Translations under genes and position numbers: made by a program
DNA from: an uncultured Syntrophaceae bacterium
Lineage (GTDB): Bacteria > Desulfobacterota > BSN033 > UBA1163
NCBI GenBank assembly: GCA_964517975.1
Contig: CAZFDM010000242.1
Span: 143-64,142, forward strand
Reading direction: 5' to 3'
DNA: 64,000 nt
Shown: piece by piece, positions 9,825 through 19,778 of the stretch
Numbering within the stretch: the stretch's first letter is position 1
How the letters are laid out: each line of letters opens with the position of its first letter
The notes under the pieces: generated by a model
Databases searched by the model: none
The model's input: only the letters and a program-made list of their open reading frames with translations
Told to the model about the DNA's origin: nothing

Positions 9825-10051
9825 TCGATCTTCTCTACCACGATTCGAGAGGCAATCCCTCTACCAAGGGCCACTTGGCTTCCATGAACTTCAATCAGAA
9901 TGGGACCCCGGAGGACCCCAAACCTTAATATAGTAATGATATCGCCTGGGTGGATACCCATTTGACCGAGACGCTGTCTTATCCCTTGCCCTCCCTGGAT
10001 ATCGATTACCTTCGCTTTTTTATTTTCAAAAATCTTATCCAGAGTGGTCAT
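9821..10051 (-). CDS. feoA: Ferrous iron transport protein FeoA
   Basis: 76-aa SH3-like protein overlapping the feoB start. Confidence 0.8.
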   Translation of the reverse strand: MTTLDKIFENKKAKVIDIQGGQGIRQRLGQMGIHPGDIITILRFGVLRGPILIEVHGSQVALGRGIASRIVVEKIE

Positions 10052-10476
10052 GGTTCTTCCTTCCCCCTAAGTATTGCCCTGATTCCTTTGATGATTCTTT
10101 GGCATAGAGCAACGTCCTTATCTGGCAATTCGCTACATACCCCTATTGCCCCAATCACATGGCCATCAAGCCAGATAGGAGCCCCTCCAGGGATAGGGGT
10201 CAACCGGTCATTCCAATTCTGAGTATTAAAGCCAAACCCAGGCGCCTTGGGATTACCAAAGACAGAGATTTCAGAGCTGGGGCGACGAAAAACAGCGGCA
10301 GTCCATGCTTTATCCCTTGCTATTTCTGCAGTGGGGATAGGAGCCTCGTCCATACGGTGAAGCGCCACCAGCCAGCCGTTTTCGTCAACAATGGCAATGC
10401 TGCAACCTATACCTTTCCCTTTCGCTATCTTGATTCCTGTTTGAAGTAATTTTTTGGCCATCTCTAAATTCATCAT
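10048..10476 (-). CDS. GlcG/HbpS-like (DUF336) heme-binding family protein
   Basis: DUF336 pattern (IAIVDENGWLVALHRMDEA...AWTA); paralog of 10665..11111. Confidence 0.7.
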   Translation of the reverse strand: MMNLEMAKKLLQTGIKIAKGKGIGCSIAIVDENGWLVALHRMDEAPIPTAEIARDKAWTAAVFRRPSSEISVFGNPKAPGFGFNTQNWNDRLTPIPGGAPIWLDGHVIGAIGVCSELPDKDVALCQRIIKGIRAILRGKEEP

Positions 10477-10664
10477 CGTGGGTAATCTCCTCTTTAAGAT
10501 TTACCTAAGACCGTAAGGGTTTGTTCTAACGGCAACGGTAACGATGCCTGTATCGTCTATATAAAGCTATGGTTATCGTGTTTAATTATTTTAAACATAA
10601 CTGTTACCGAATGACGAAACTGGCTTCGTAACCTTAAACAATAATCCTCTACCAATTTTCATTA

Positions 10665-11111
10665 TCATTCATAAAGTGCGGTCACACCAGCCTGGCTGAC
10701 GGTCGTGTCGCTGATGTCTCCTGTCCCTGCTGGAACTCCGCTACAACCAATGGCGCCAATAATCTCATTTTCATCGTTTGTGATTGGAATTCCTCCAGGG
10801 ATGAAACAAAGTCGTCCCTTCCCCCTGCCGATCATTCCCATGGCATGGTCACCCAAAAGTCTCCCGATGTTACGAGGGTCGAGCCATCGAGACCCCATCA
10901 GGGTAGGCATTTTAAAAGCCACGGAGGTCCATGCTTTCTCAATCGCAATATCTGTGGTAGCCATGCCAGCTCCGTCCATCCGATGGACAGCGATGACGGT
11001 GCCAGACTTATCTACCACAGCGATGCTGCATGGGAACCCTGCGATCTCTCTGGCCCACCTCTCGGCTGCCTCAAGCATCTTCAATGCCATCTCCAGAGTT
11101 AATTCTTTCAT
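10665..11111 (-). CDS. GlcG/HbpS-like (DUF336) family protein
   Basis: CSIAVVDKSGTVIAVHRMDGAG...AWTSVAF. Confidence 0.7.
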   Translation of the reverse strand: MKELTLEMALKMLEAAERWAREIAGFPCSIAVVDKSGTVIAVHRMDGAGMATTDIAIEKAWTSVAFKMPTLMGSRWLDPRNIGRLLGDHAMGMIGRGKGRLCFIPGGIPITNDENEIIGAIGCSGVPAGTGDISDTTVSQAGVTALYE

Positions 11112-11187
11112 ATATCACCCTCCTCCTACCTTCTACCCTGCCCTTCCGCTTTGCTCAGCTGAGGTATAGGGTATAAATTGGAATGAC

Positions 11188-11556
11188 CTATTTATCCAAA
11201 AGATCATCAGTGGCTATGACGTCAGCACCCGTGTTGAGTAAATTTTTAAAAATGACCTGGCCTCCTTTTATGGGCGGTTTCACCCTCAGATGGGTGAGGG
11301 CTTTTGCCGCCTCCTTCATTTTTGTTTTAAGGATAGGTCTGTTTGACCTTACAGGAAGAAGTGGCCGAGGGGTATTTTCGGTAAGAAGAGTGGTAGTAAA
11401 AACCCTGACTGGGTTTTGGTACTCTTCCATCACAAACTGACGCCCTTCTTTACATCTATAGGCTTCAATTTTAGTGACCCTTCCCCGAGTATCCACATGG
11501 AGAGTAGTCTCACAGCCCATAGGGCAACCCACACAGATAATCTTTTCCTTATTCAT
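11188..11556 (-). CDS. DUF1667 domain protein, partner of GlpA-like oxidoreductases
   Basis: CVGCPMGCE...YRCKEGRQF motif; third gene of the conserved trio. Confidence 0.65.
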   Translation of the reverse strand: MNKEKIICVGCPMGCETTLHVDTRGRVTKIEAYRCKEGRQFVMEEYQNPVRVFTTTLLTENTPRPLLPVRSNRPILKTKMKEAAKALTHLRVKPPIKGGQVIFKNLLNTGADVIATDDLLDK

Positions 11557-12811
11557 GTTTCCCTGCCTTTTCACATCTGATGATCAACTCATTGGTCTTT
11601 CCAACCAATGGCTCCAATTGATTTTTTGAGAGAGTGACCTTGATCATTTCACTGGGTTTTACGATCCTTAGCTTCTGAGAATAAATTTCTCCTACCTTCA
11701 ACTGAACCCCCTCCTTCAACTCCTTGACTCGGATATAAAGGGAGGTATCATCCTGTCCACTGATGATCTGTGGGACAATGGATCGAATGTTCCTCCCAGG
11801 GCGAAGGGTCAATCGGGGTTTCTTTTCAAAGGTTTCCCTTTTGGCATACCTCGCAGCCCAGGTCCCGGCTATCTCGGCCTCCCAAGAAACATGGTCCACC
11901 AAATCATGAACATGAACCACATTTCCTCCTGCGAAGATCCCGGCTACGCTGGTTTCCCTTTGCTCATCGACCACGGGCCCCCCGGTCAACGGATCAAGTT
12001 CTACCCCTGCCATCTTTGAAAGCTCATTTTCAGGAATCAAGCCAACTGAAAGAAGCATCGTATCGCACTCTATGATCTGTTCAGTGGATGGAATGGGGTT
12101 TTTATCTTGATCTACTTTAGCGATCGTAACGGCCTCAATCCGCTCTTCACCGTGGATCTGGGTAACGGTATGCTCCAAAAGCAATGGAATATGAAAATCA
12201 TGGAGACACTGAACCTCGTTTCTGATAAGTCCTCCTACATAGGGAAGGATTTCGACCACTGCTTTCACCTCTGCTCCTTCCAAAGTGAGCCTCCGAGCCA
12301 TGATCAAACCAATATCTCCAGAACCCAAAATGACCACTCTCTTTCCTGGAATGAATCCTTCCACATTGACAAACCTTTGAGCAGTTCCCGCAGTGAAGAT
12401 CCCGGCAGGGCGTGTCCCGGGAATACGTAACTGCCCCCGGGTTCGCTCCCGACAACCCATGGCCAGAACAATAGACTTAGGTTTGAGACCAATGGGCCCT
12501 TCACGCTTATTGATGGCCATCAGCTCTCGGTCTGGAGAGATATGGGTTACCATGGTCTCCAGCAATACTTCAATTCCTAAATCCTTAATCTTCTCAACAA
12601 ATCGACGACCGTATTCGGGCCCTGTGAGGTCCTGGCCGAAGTAGAAGAGGCCAAATCCATTATGAATACACTGGTGAAGAAGGCCGCCGAGCTGTTCTTG
12701 ACGTTCAAAGATGAGGACACGCTCCGCTCCTTCTTCTTTTGCCTTAATCGCAGCAGCCATTCCCGCTGGGCCAGAACCAATCACCGCTATATCAATTTCT
12801 GAAAGTCTCAT
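11549..12811 (-). CDS. NAD(P)/FAD-dependent oxidoreductase (pyridine-nucleotide-disulfide oxidoreductase fold)
   Basis: Two Rossmann GxGxxG motifs (VIGSGPAG, ILGSGDIG). Confidence 0.8.
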   Translation of the reverse strand: MRLSEIDIAVIGSGPAGMAAAIKAKEEGAERVLIFERQEQLGGLLHQCIHNGFGLFYFGQDLTGPEYGRRFVEKIKDLGIEVLLETMVTHISPDRELMAINKREGPIGLKPKSIVLAMGCRERTRGQLRIPGTRPAGIFTAGTAQRFVNVEGFIPGKRVVILGSGDIGLIMARRLTLEGAEVKAVVEILPYVGGLIRNEVQCLHDFHIPLLLEHTVTQIHGEERIEAVTIAKVDQDKNPIPSTEQIIECDTMLLSVGLIPENELSKMAGVELDPLTGGPVVDEQRETSVAGIFAGGNVVHVHDLVDHVSWEAEIAGTWAARYAKRETFEKKPRLTLRPGRNIRSIVPQIISGQDDTSLYIRVKELKEGVQLKVGEIYSQKLRIVKPSEMIKVTLSKNQLEPLVGKTNELIIRCEKAGKHE

Positions 12812-14280
12812 GGCTGTACCTCGATTAATTCTTTGGATTTATAAAGCAATAAACGAGAGTCTCGACCTTTCTTGGTAATCTTTTCCTCAGGAAGGTTAAG
12901 TTCCCCCGCCAATATCTTCATCACACGGGGTGAACAGAATCCCCCCTGACATCTTCCCATTCCAGCCCTAGTTCTGAATTTGACTCCATCGAGGGTCGTT
13001 GCCCCTCTTCGAATCGCCTCAACGATTTCCCCCTCTGTCACCGTCTCACAACGACAAACCACGTGGCCATATCGAGGATCCTTCTCAATCCATTCCCTCT
13101 GTTGAGCCTCAGAAAGTTTAGAAAAGACAAGTGGAGCTTTTCTGAAGGGGTCAAAGGTTGGATTCTTCTCTAATCTTAACCCTTCCTGTTGGAGCAATTC
13201 TACCACTTTCTTTCCCGTTGAAGGAGCAGCGCTTACTCCTGGATAACCCATACAGACGTTAATCAAACGAGGAACTTTACGAGAGGCCTGAACGACACAC
13301 TCATGCCAGCCCAGTTCCCAGTTTCGAAACATAAGGAATCCACTAAAAGAATGGATGATATCCTTTTCAGAGATGTCAGGAATGATGCGACGAACATTTT
13401 TTAAAGCGATCTCCATCACTCTTCTCGTTGTTGAGGTATCCCCCTGAGGAGCCAGTTGCATGGTCGTTCCAAAGAAAATATTCCCGTGCACACTTGGCGT
13501 GATGATATTCATCTGCCCTGGCGCTTCGGGTCGGGTATGGATTTCATGTTGAATCAATCCTCTCAGATTTTTATCCAAAATGCTAACAAATCCTCTAATC
13601 GGGTAGAGAACAAAATCATCGGCTTTGAGTAAACGAGCAACCCGAGCCGTTGAGGTTCCCGAGGCATTCACAATAAATCGGCACTGAATCCTCCCCTGGC
13701 TCGTCTCTACCTCAAAGGAATCGGTCCTCTGGAAGATATTTAAAAGTTCCGTCTCTCTCCGCACCTTCACTCCATTTTGTGCAGCATTCTCGATGAGACC
13801 GAAAGTAAGCCTAACAGGATCGACAATGGCAATATTTGGATCCAAAAGGGCACCGATGGCCTCTCGAGTCACATTCGGTTCCATCCGTCTAAGTGTATCC
13901 CGATCAATGAATTCATGGGGAGGAAGTCCAATTTTTTCTGCCCTCGATTTTAATTTTTGGAATTTGGCGAATTCCTCGTTGTTTCGAATAAGGGCAAGCT
14001 CTCCGACCCGTTCAAAAGGAACATCAAGTTCTTGGCATAGAGGTTCCATTAGAGGAATGCTCTCCCAAACGAGCTTGCTACGGAGATATTCGGGTCGAAA
14101 CTCTAAGGCATCTCCTCCCTGGCAGACAATGCACATATTGGCCTTGGTACTCCCCCAGCCAAAATCAGCCTCCTTCTCGACCAACATTACGTCTGTCTTA
14201 TAACGAGAGAGTTCTCTTGCTACCGCCGCACCTAAAACGCCCCCACCAATGATCAACACTTCAGTTTCTAATCTCTCCAT
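12808..14280 (-). CDS. FAD-dependent oxidoreductase, GlpA-like, with C-terminal BFD-like [2Fe-2S] domain
   Basis: IIGGGVLGAA FAD motif at a likely internal start (MERLETEV); C-terminal CRCETVT...CQGGFC. Confidence 0.8.
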   Translation of the reverse strand: MERLETEVLIIGGGVLGAAVARELSRYKTDVMLVEKEADFGWGSTKANMCIVCQGGDALEFRPEYLRSKLVWESIPLMEPLCQELDVPFERVGELALIRNNEEFAKFQKLKSRAEKIGLPPHEFIDRDTLRRMEPNVTREAIGALLDPNIAIVDPVRLTFGLIENAAQNGVKVRRETELLNIFQRTDSFEVETSQGRIQCRFIVNASGTSTARVARLLKADDFVLYPIRGFVSILDKNLRGLIQHEIHTRPEAPGQMNIITPSVHGNIFFGTTMQLAPQGDTSTTRRVMEIALKNVRRIIPDISEKDIIHSFSGFLMFRNWELGWHECVVQASRKVPRLINVCMGYPGVSAAPSTGKKVVELLQQEGLRLEKNPTFDPFRKAPLVFSKLSEAQQREWIEKDPRYGHVVCRCETVTEGEIVEAIRRGATTLDGVKFRTRAGMGRCQGGFCSPRVMKILAGELNLPEEKITKKGRDSRLLLYKSKELIEVQP

Positions 14281-14360
14281 TTTAGAATTTTCTCCTCTTG
14301 ACCTAAGCTTCTGCTCTTTCCCCAATTTTCCCCATGAAACATCTTTTTTTAAAATTCTTC

Positions 14361-14573
14361 TTATAGCATTCGAATCGCTCCCAGAGGACAAGATTCAGCG
14401 CACTTCCCACACTCCTGACAGAAGCCCTGAATCGGATAAGGGAACTCATACGCTTCCAATTGTTTCCATAAGTTATCAGGACATACCCCGATAACGAGGC
14501 ATATACCCCCCTCACAGTTTTTGGGATTGCATCTCTTATAATCTATTGCCACCTTTAGTTTGACATCTAACAT
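14361..14573 (-). CDS. Small Cys-rich 4Fe-4S ferredoxin-like protein
   Basis: 70 aa with CxxCxxCxxxCP plus an atypical C-x4-C-x4-C-x5-CP block; close paralog at 24433..24645. Confidence 0.45.
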   Translation of the reverse strand: MLDVKLKVAIDYKRCNPKNCEGGICLVIGVCPDNLWKQLEAYEFPYPIQGFCQECGKCAESCPLGAIRML

Positions 14574-14630
14574 TTTTCCAAATCTACCTATTAAATGAAA
14601 CCTACCTTAAAAGCCCCGACACCTAACCTG

Positions 14631-14963
14631 TTATTTAATAGATTCCTCAATCATCGATCTCAATCGAGATTTAGAAACAACCCCTACAATTTGATTAACA
14701 GCCTTACCATCTTTGAAAAGAATGAGTGTTGGGATCCCCCTGATCCCATAGGTAGAGGGGGTCTGGGGGTTTTCGTCCACATTCATTTTTCCTACCTTTA
14801 TTCTCCCGCTGTATTCTTTCGCCAATTCCTCAACAGTGGGTGCAATTGATAGGCAGGGGCCACACCAGGGAGCCCAGAAATCTACCAGAACCGGCAGATC
14901 AGATTGGAGAACTTCTTTGTTGAATTTTCCATCGGTGAAATGATATAGAACGTCTTTATCCAT
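14631..14963 (-). CDS. trxA: Thioredoxin
   Basis: WCGPC active site, 110 aa. Confidence 0.9.
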   Translation of the reverse strand: MDKDVLYHFTDGKFNKEVLQSDLPVLVDFWAPWCGPCLSIAPTVEELAKEYSGRIKVGKMNVDENPQTPSTYGIRGIPTLILFKDGKAVNQIVGVVSKSRLRSMIEESIK

Positions 14964-15073
14964 ACTTCCTCCTTATGAAATTTTTTGATTGAAATCCAAA
15001 CGCGTTAAAATATCCAAAAGAATTTCTTCTTAAGAATTATAGCGACACGTTCATTCAGCCTTGAATTATACCC

Positions 15074-15796
15074 TTATGTCTTAATGAATGTTAAAAGTTT
15101 CACTCCAGTAACCTCTTTGAAGGTGGCGCCCTCGCTGATGGAACGAATCAATCGATCTGGATCAATGATCTTTGAACCGCAAACCGCATTGATGCCGTAA
15201 TCAAAAAGAATCGGAGAGAGAGGAGAAGTGGGGCCGATCAAAATCACGTAGGCTTTTTTACAGAGTTTCAAAAGTCCTTCCAGGGTATGGTTAATAAAGG
15301 AGGTTCCTGTAATCCCAACCACATCACAGTCTGGCAAAATTCTATCTGCCTCAATGGCTGGCAAATCTCCTTCTCGGAGCCTTTGTTCAAGAACCCAAAG
15401 ATTTTTGATCTTTTCCCTCAATTTTGGAATCCAGGGAAAGTGTCCTACCACGGCTACTTTTCTCCCCTCTCCTTTCTCAAGAATGAGATCAAAGGCATTC
15501 TTCTCTATACACCTTGATTCATCAACATCTATCAGGGAATTAATGGTAGCCATCCCAATGGAAGCTTCGAGAAGACTATTGGATTTTGCATATTCCGCAA
15601 GTTCGAGGGCCGTCTTCTGGGTCAACCTTCCGACATCTCTAACCCCTTTTTCGTGAGAGGGGCCTTCCTCCCTAAACGTTGAGGAGATACCGCAATGTTT
15701 GCTCACCACAGCGGTCCAGAAGACGCAGGTATGGACACTCCTGACTGGAAAATCCATTCCTTTAAGGTTCTGGATAAGATCGTCGAGTATCCTCAT
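15074..15796 (-). CDS. DUF364/DUF4213-like Rossmann-fold protein
   Basis: 240 aa, weak resemblance only. Confidence 0.35.
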   Translation of the reverse strand: MRILDDLIQNLKGMDFPVRSVHTCVFWTAVVSKHCGISSTFREEGPSHEKGVRDVGRLTQKTALELAEYAKSNSLLEASIGMATINSLIDVDESRCIEKNAFDLILEKGEGRKVAVVGHFPWIPKLREKIKNLWVLEQRLREGDLPAIEADRILPDCDVVGITGTSFINHTLEGLLKLCKKAYVILIGPTSPLSPILFDYGINAVCGSKIIDPDRLIRSISEGATFKEVTGVKLLTFIKT

Positions 15797-16455
15797 ATCT
15801 CATGCTCAATAAGAAACTCCCTTTTCTCACCATAGACCAGTTTCGATTTACCAGTGGGACTCAACTCTCCCAAAATATTTTTGAACTTCTTTCCTAAAAC
15901 AGTCTCTTCCTCCCTAAGGAATTTCTTGGCATCGCTTGAGCCCAGAAAGAGAAGTCGGATATAGAAAAAGAACTTAGCGATGAACTTCTTGGGTATCGCA
16001 TGCTCCATCAAACAAAATCTTCCTCCTTCCTTAAGGACTCTTGCGACCTCCTCAATGGCCATCATCCGTTCTGTCCCTTTCAATTCATAGAAGGCATGAG
16101 AGCACGTCACCCCATGAAAGGATGAGTTCTTAAAAGGTAATTGGCTTGCATTCCCTTGAATGGGGGAGAAATGTTTCAGATGTTGACCAGAGGCCTTTTG
16201 CTTGGCCTTCTCAAGCATTCCCCGAGAAAAATCGAGCCCAACGACCAAGCCCCCTTCTTCAACTCTTTTCCCTAATTCTACTGCTACCGAGCCAGTTCCA
16301 GTGCAGAGGTCTAAAGCCCTATCTCCTTTTGACAGGTTTGCTTTTTCTGCAATATATTTCCTGAGGGAGCCCTCTACATCTTTCGAATGCAATCGAATGA
16401 CCAGATCATAGACCTTCGAAAAAAGATCATAGTATTTTTGTCTCAGCGAACTCAT
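15793..16455 (-). CDS. Class I SAM-dependent methyltransferase
   Basis: LDLCTGTGSVAVEL motif I. Confidence 0.75.
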   Translation of the reverse strand: MSSLRQKYYDLFSKVYDLVIRLHSKDVEGSLRKYIAEKANLSKGDRALDLCTGTGSVAVELGKRVEEGGLVVGLDFSRGMLEKAKQKASGQHLKHFSPIQGNASQLPFKNSSFHGVTCSHAFYELKGTERMMAIEEVARVLKEGGRFCLMEHAIPKKFIAKFFFYIRLLFLGSSDAKKFLREEETVLGKKFKNILGELSPTGKSKLVYGEKREFLIEHEI

Positions 16456-16469
16456 GGTATGTTCTACTG

Positions 16470-17537
16470 CTATCCTGACTTCGATTCTTGGAAGGGGGCC
16501 AAAATGGCCCTGGTAATGTCTTGGGAACCAACACCAGGGGATTGGATTCCTCTCTTCTCGTAAAAGTCCTCCACCTTTTCTTGGAGATGGCTTTCTTCGA
16601 GAGAAGTCTTTTCAAGTGAGTCCTCCAATCCAGTCAATTCCTCTTTTGGAAAGAACGTAAAATCGCCGGAAATACTGATCTCTTCAATCCTATTTTCAAA
16701 GATCTCTTCAGCCGTCCGGATCAACCCCCCTTTGGCCTTATGAAGGCCAAATAGGAGTTCTACCCCTTCCTTAATCTTTACTCCTTTAGAGGTCTTGGGA
16801 GTTTTTTTATAAAGAAATTCCTCAGAGGTCATCCAAGATTCTAATCGTTTCATCTCCGTTACGATTTCCTGAGTTAAGGAGGCAGGCTTCAGAGGACCCA
16901 ACCGCTTCTGAAATTGTTCCTTAAGAACTTTAATGATCTCTTCCCTTGGGGGAATTATTCCCAACTCTCGCTTCATCGTGGTTAAATTTTCTTCCATTGT
17001 TTTAAAAACCTTATCCCTAAATTTTTCGTTCGGAACCTTTAAGATCTTACTCATGACCCTAAAATCAAAATCCAGAAGGATTCCTCCCACAAACACCATA
17101 CACTCTCCAATATTTCCTCCCCCCTCCCCTGCGATCTTTTTCCCCTCTTTGGTCACAATATCGTTTACACTTCGATACTCCGCTGAAATTCCAAAGGCTC
17201 GATAGGTCTCCACAGGGGCTTCCGAAAACCATGGGAATATTTTATGGATGGCCCTGGGAAATTTGGGATTCTCCCTTTTCCAGATGAGTTGGTAAAAGAT
17301 TTGATTCTCATCCAAATAGGTTGCTCCTCCCCCCACCTCTCGACGCATATAGGGAAGACCCATTTCTCGACAGCAAGAAAGGTCTACTTCCTGCTCTGCA
17401 TCTTGGAAATATCCAATGCTTACCAGAGGCGTTTTGGGGGAGACAAGAACAAGGGCTTCGATGCCCATTCGAGCCAAGGCATGAAAGATAAGCATGGATT
17501 GCTGTCCAGGAAGTCTACCTAAATCAAAGAAAAACAT
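16470..17537 (-). CDS. Lipoate--protein ligase family protein (LplA-like)
   Basis: BPL/LplA catalytic-domain pattern, 355 aa. Confidence 0.7.
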   Translation of the reverse strand: MFFFDLGRLPGQQSMLIFHALARMGIEALVLVSPKTPLVSIGYFQDAEQEVDLSCCREMGLPYMRREVGGGATYLDENQIFYQLIWKRENPKFPRAIHKIFPWFSEAPVETYRAFGISAEYRSVNDIVTKEGKKIAGEGGGNIGECMVFVGGILLDFDFRVMSKILKVPNEKFRDKVFKTMEENLTTMKRELGIIPPREEIIKVLKEQFQKRLGPLKPASLTQEIVTEMKRLESWMTSEEFLYKKTPKTSKGVKIKEGVELLFGLHKAKGGLIRTAEEIFENRIEEISISGDFTFFPKEELTGLEDSLEKTSLEESHLQEKVEDFYEKRGIQSPGVGSQDITRAILAPFQESKSG

Positions 17538-17548
17538 CTGGTCTCTCT

Positions 17549-18019
17549 TTATTCGCGCAATGTGGCAATCAATCTTTTGGGTTTCAAGAAAAGATCTATG
17601 GCTTCGGAAACATTCTTTACAATAATATCCGCATTCTTCATTGCAGAGGCTGACAATCCTTCATCCCCTATCACCGCAATTCCCAGGGCAGCCTCTTTCA
17701 GAATGAGGAGATCATTGTTCCCATTTCCAATGGCCACAGTATTCTCAAGGTTTAAATTTTTTATGAATTCAAATTTTCCTTTTCCGCTACTATCATATTC
17801 AACCGTAATGAGGTTGATATTCATTTCCTTGACTTCTTCTTGAGCGGTTTCCTGAGTATCAGCCGTTAAAACGAACACCTTAGCCTCATTAGATAATAAT
17901 TTTATTTTTTCTTTCACTTCAATTGGAATCTTCCCATCAGTAGCAATGGTACCATTAAAATCAAAGACTATATTTTCAATATCTAAATCTCCCCAGCCTG
18001 GAATATTAATGCGGATCAT
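17549..18019 (-). CDS. HAD-family hydrolase
   Basis: FDFNGTI (DxxGT) and GNGNND motifs. Confidence 0.65.
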   Translation of the reverse strand: MIRINIPGWGDLDIENIVFDFNGTIATDGKIPIEVKEKIKLLSNEAKVFVLTADTQETAQEEVKEMNINLITVEYDSSGKGKFEFIKNLNLENTVAIGNGNNDLLILKEAALGIAVIGDEGLSASAMKNADIIVKNVSEAIDLFLKPKRLIATLRE

Positions 18020-18028
18020 CTCTCCCCC

Positions 18029-18868
18029 TCAAACCTCCAGAATACTCCCAACACATCCGTAAAAAAACCTGTCTCCAAATTCCTGATGGAGTCGAAAGGC
18101 CGCCCTCATACCCGTGCAGTGAGACACACCAATCTTATCAATATCTATTTTCTTAAGAAATTTTATCGACTCCTCCAACTGCTCAGAGGTCAAAAAGTCT
18201 AAGTGAGTCCCACCCAGGATAGCATAAAATTTCTCTTTCCTCATTTTATTGATCACGTGGTGAATGATATTGATCATTCCTGAATGGGCACAGCCGAGAA
18301 TCAGAACCATTCCTTTATCTGTATTTAGAATAAGAGATTGATCATCCAAAAAAAGATCCTGAGTGATCTTACCTTCCGTTTCACTGAAGAGTCTTGGGTC
18401 AGGTTTTTCAAAACTTGTTTGCCTTGGCACCTCCCCTGTCAAGAAGAGCCCCCTCTCTAACTCTACAAAATCTGTATTAAAAACAAAATTGGCTCCCAAG
18501 GATTCCAAATATCTCTCTTTATAACGAATGCCTACGAAACGTTTAGTTTCCCTGCCACCTTCTCTGAGGATTGCAATCCTCTCTAAGAATACATGCGGGT
18601 GGGCATGGACATCCACTTGTCCTTTCAATTTGAGTACTTCCGAAAGCCCCCCTGTGTGATCATAATGACCATGGCTTAGAAATATTTTTCTAATACTTCT
18701 CAAATCCTTATCCAGAGTGAGGCTATTTGCTATTATGGAACGGCCACTCCCCGTATCGAAAAGATAATTTCCATTACTTGTTTCAATAAAAGCAGAAAAA
18801 CCATGTTCACCTGTTCCAATCAATTTGCCAATCAGATTTTCACATAGTATGGTTATCCTTATCTTCAT
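18029..18868 (-). CDS. Metallo-beta-lactamase-fold metallo-hydrolase
   Basis: HGHYDHTGG motif. Confidence 0.75.
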   Translation of the reverse strand: MKIRITILCENLIGKLIGTGEHGFSAFIETSNGNYLFDTGSGRSIIANSLTLDKDLRSIRKIFLSHGHYDHTGGLSEVLKLKGQVDVHAHPHVFLERIAILREGGRETKRFVGIRYKERYLESLGANFVFNTDFVELERGLFLTGEVPRQTSFEKPDPRLFSETEGKITQDLFLDDQSLILNTDKGMVLILGCAHSGMINIIHHVINKMRKEKFYAILGGTHLDFLTSEQLEESIKFLKKIDIDKIGVSHCTGMRAAFRLHQEFGDRFFYGCVGSILEV

Positions 18869-18880
18869 TAGAAAGTCTCC

Positions 18881-19315
18881 TTAATCTTCGATTATTTTAA
18901 TCGGGTCTCCTATTTTTACTTCTCCACTTTCTATAACCTTACAAAAAATACCTTCCTTGGGTAGGATAGAATATCCCTGATAATTGTAGGTGTGGGCTTG
19001 AGATGGATCTTTACCAATTTGAATGACTTTAAGTTCTGCATCGCCAATCTTTAGCCTCGAACCAATAGGTAAAGAAATTAAATCTATTCCTTCAGTCGTA
19101 ATGTTCTCGGCAAACGCTCCAGACTCGGCAAAAATTCCTGTTTCTTGATTGAGTCTAAGGATACTTTCAATAGCGAGAAGGCTCACCTCTTTCTCTGTCC
19201 CTGCATGGGAATCTCCCACCAACCCGTATCCTCTCTTTAAGAAACCCCTTCCTACATTTCTCTTGGAATCAATCTTTCTCTGGCTTATACAGACACCTAC
19301 AACTCTACCCACCAT
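18881..19315 (-). CDS. MOSC domain protein
   Basis: MOSC-like beta-barrel pattern; the ORF-track N-terminal extension overlaps the ferredoxin gene, so start taken at MVGRVVGV. Confidence 0.55.
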   Translation of the reverse strand: MVGRVVGVCISQRKIDSKRNVGRGFLKRGYGLVGDSHAGTEKEVSLLAIESILRLNQETGIFAESGAFAENITTEGIDLISLPIGSRLKIGDAELKVIQIGKDPSQAHTYNYQGYSILPKEGIFCKVIESGEVKIGDPIKIIED

Positions 19316-19316
19316 T

Positions 19317-19493
19317 CTAAGCCCCTTCACGAATAGCCTCTTCAGGACATTCTTCAATACAAGTCCCACAATCCACACAGGCCTCTTCATCTACCCTTGC
19401 CTTCCCATCTTCCACTTTAATCGCTTCTACTGGACAACCTTCTTCACATGTCCCACAACCTGTACACTTCTCTTGATCAATTATGACCGCCAT
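19317..19493 (-). CDS. 2x[4Fe-4S] ferredoxin, 58 aa (absent from the ORF track, below the 60-aa cutoff)
   Basis: Hand translation: [58 protein letters not shown]. Confidence 0.7.
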   Translation of the reverse strand: MAVIIDQEKCTGCGTCEEGCPVEAIKVEDGKARVDEEACVDCGTCIEECPEEAIREGA

Positions 19494-19770
19494 ATTCTTC
19501 CTCTTTTTGAATTTTTAATTTTTTATATTCACCAATAATCCCATTGGCACAGAAAATCCCGCCAAAAAATAAAATGGATCCTGCAATCAGAAAAAGCCAT
19601 ACAAAAATCCCAACCCCAATAAAAATAACAGCGAGCAAGGATACAATATAACCGATGATAGGATAAAGAATCCCGTATCTCCTGGGTTGTTTCCAAATGG
19701 GTTCCCAATCAAATTCAATCACCTCATATTTAAAGTGTTTCTGGATTTCCCCAAATATTCTCCGGTCCAT
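19477..19770 (-). CDS. Small predicted membrane protein
   Basis: Two hydrophobic helices. Confidence 0.3.
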   Translation of the reverse strand: MDRRIFGEIQKHFKYEVIEFDWEPIWKQPRRYGILYPIIGYIVSLLAVIFIGVGIFVWLFLIAGSILFFGGIFCANGIIGEYKKLKIQKEEEYGGHN

Positions 19771-19778
19771 CCGTCTAA

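Noticed and set aside
10477-10664. Possible riboswitch or T-box between the two GlcG-like genes
   Set aside because: Only short imperfect stems (ggtaacgatgcc/atcgt, acgaa..cttcgt) and no recognisable conserved riboswitch core, so too weak to call.
14303-14515. 70-aa ORF overlapping the small ferredoxin-like gene in another frame
   Set aside because: Lacks the Cys pattern shared by the 14361..14573 ORF and its paralog, so it is most likely spurious.
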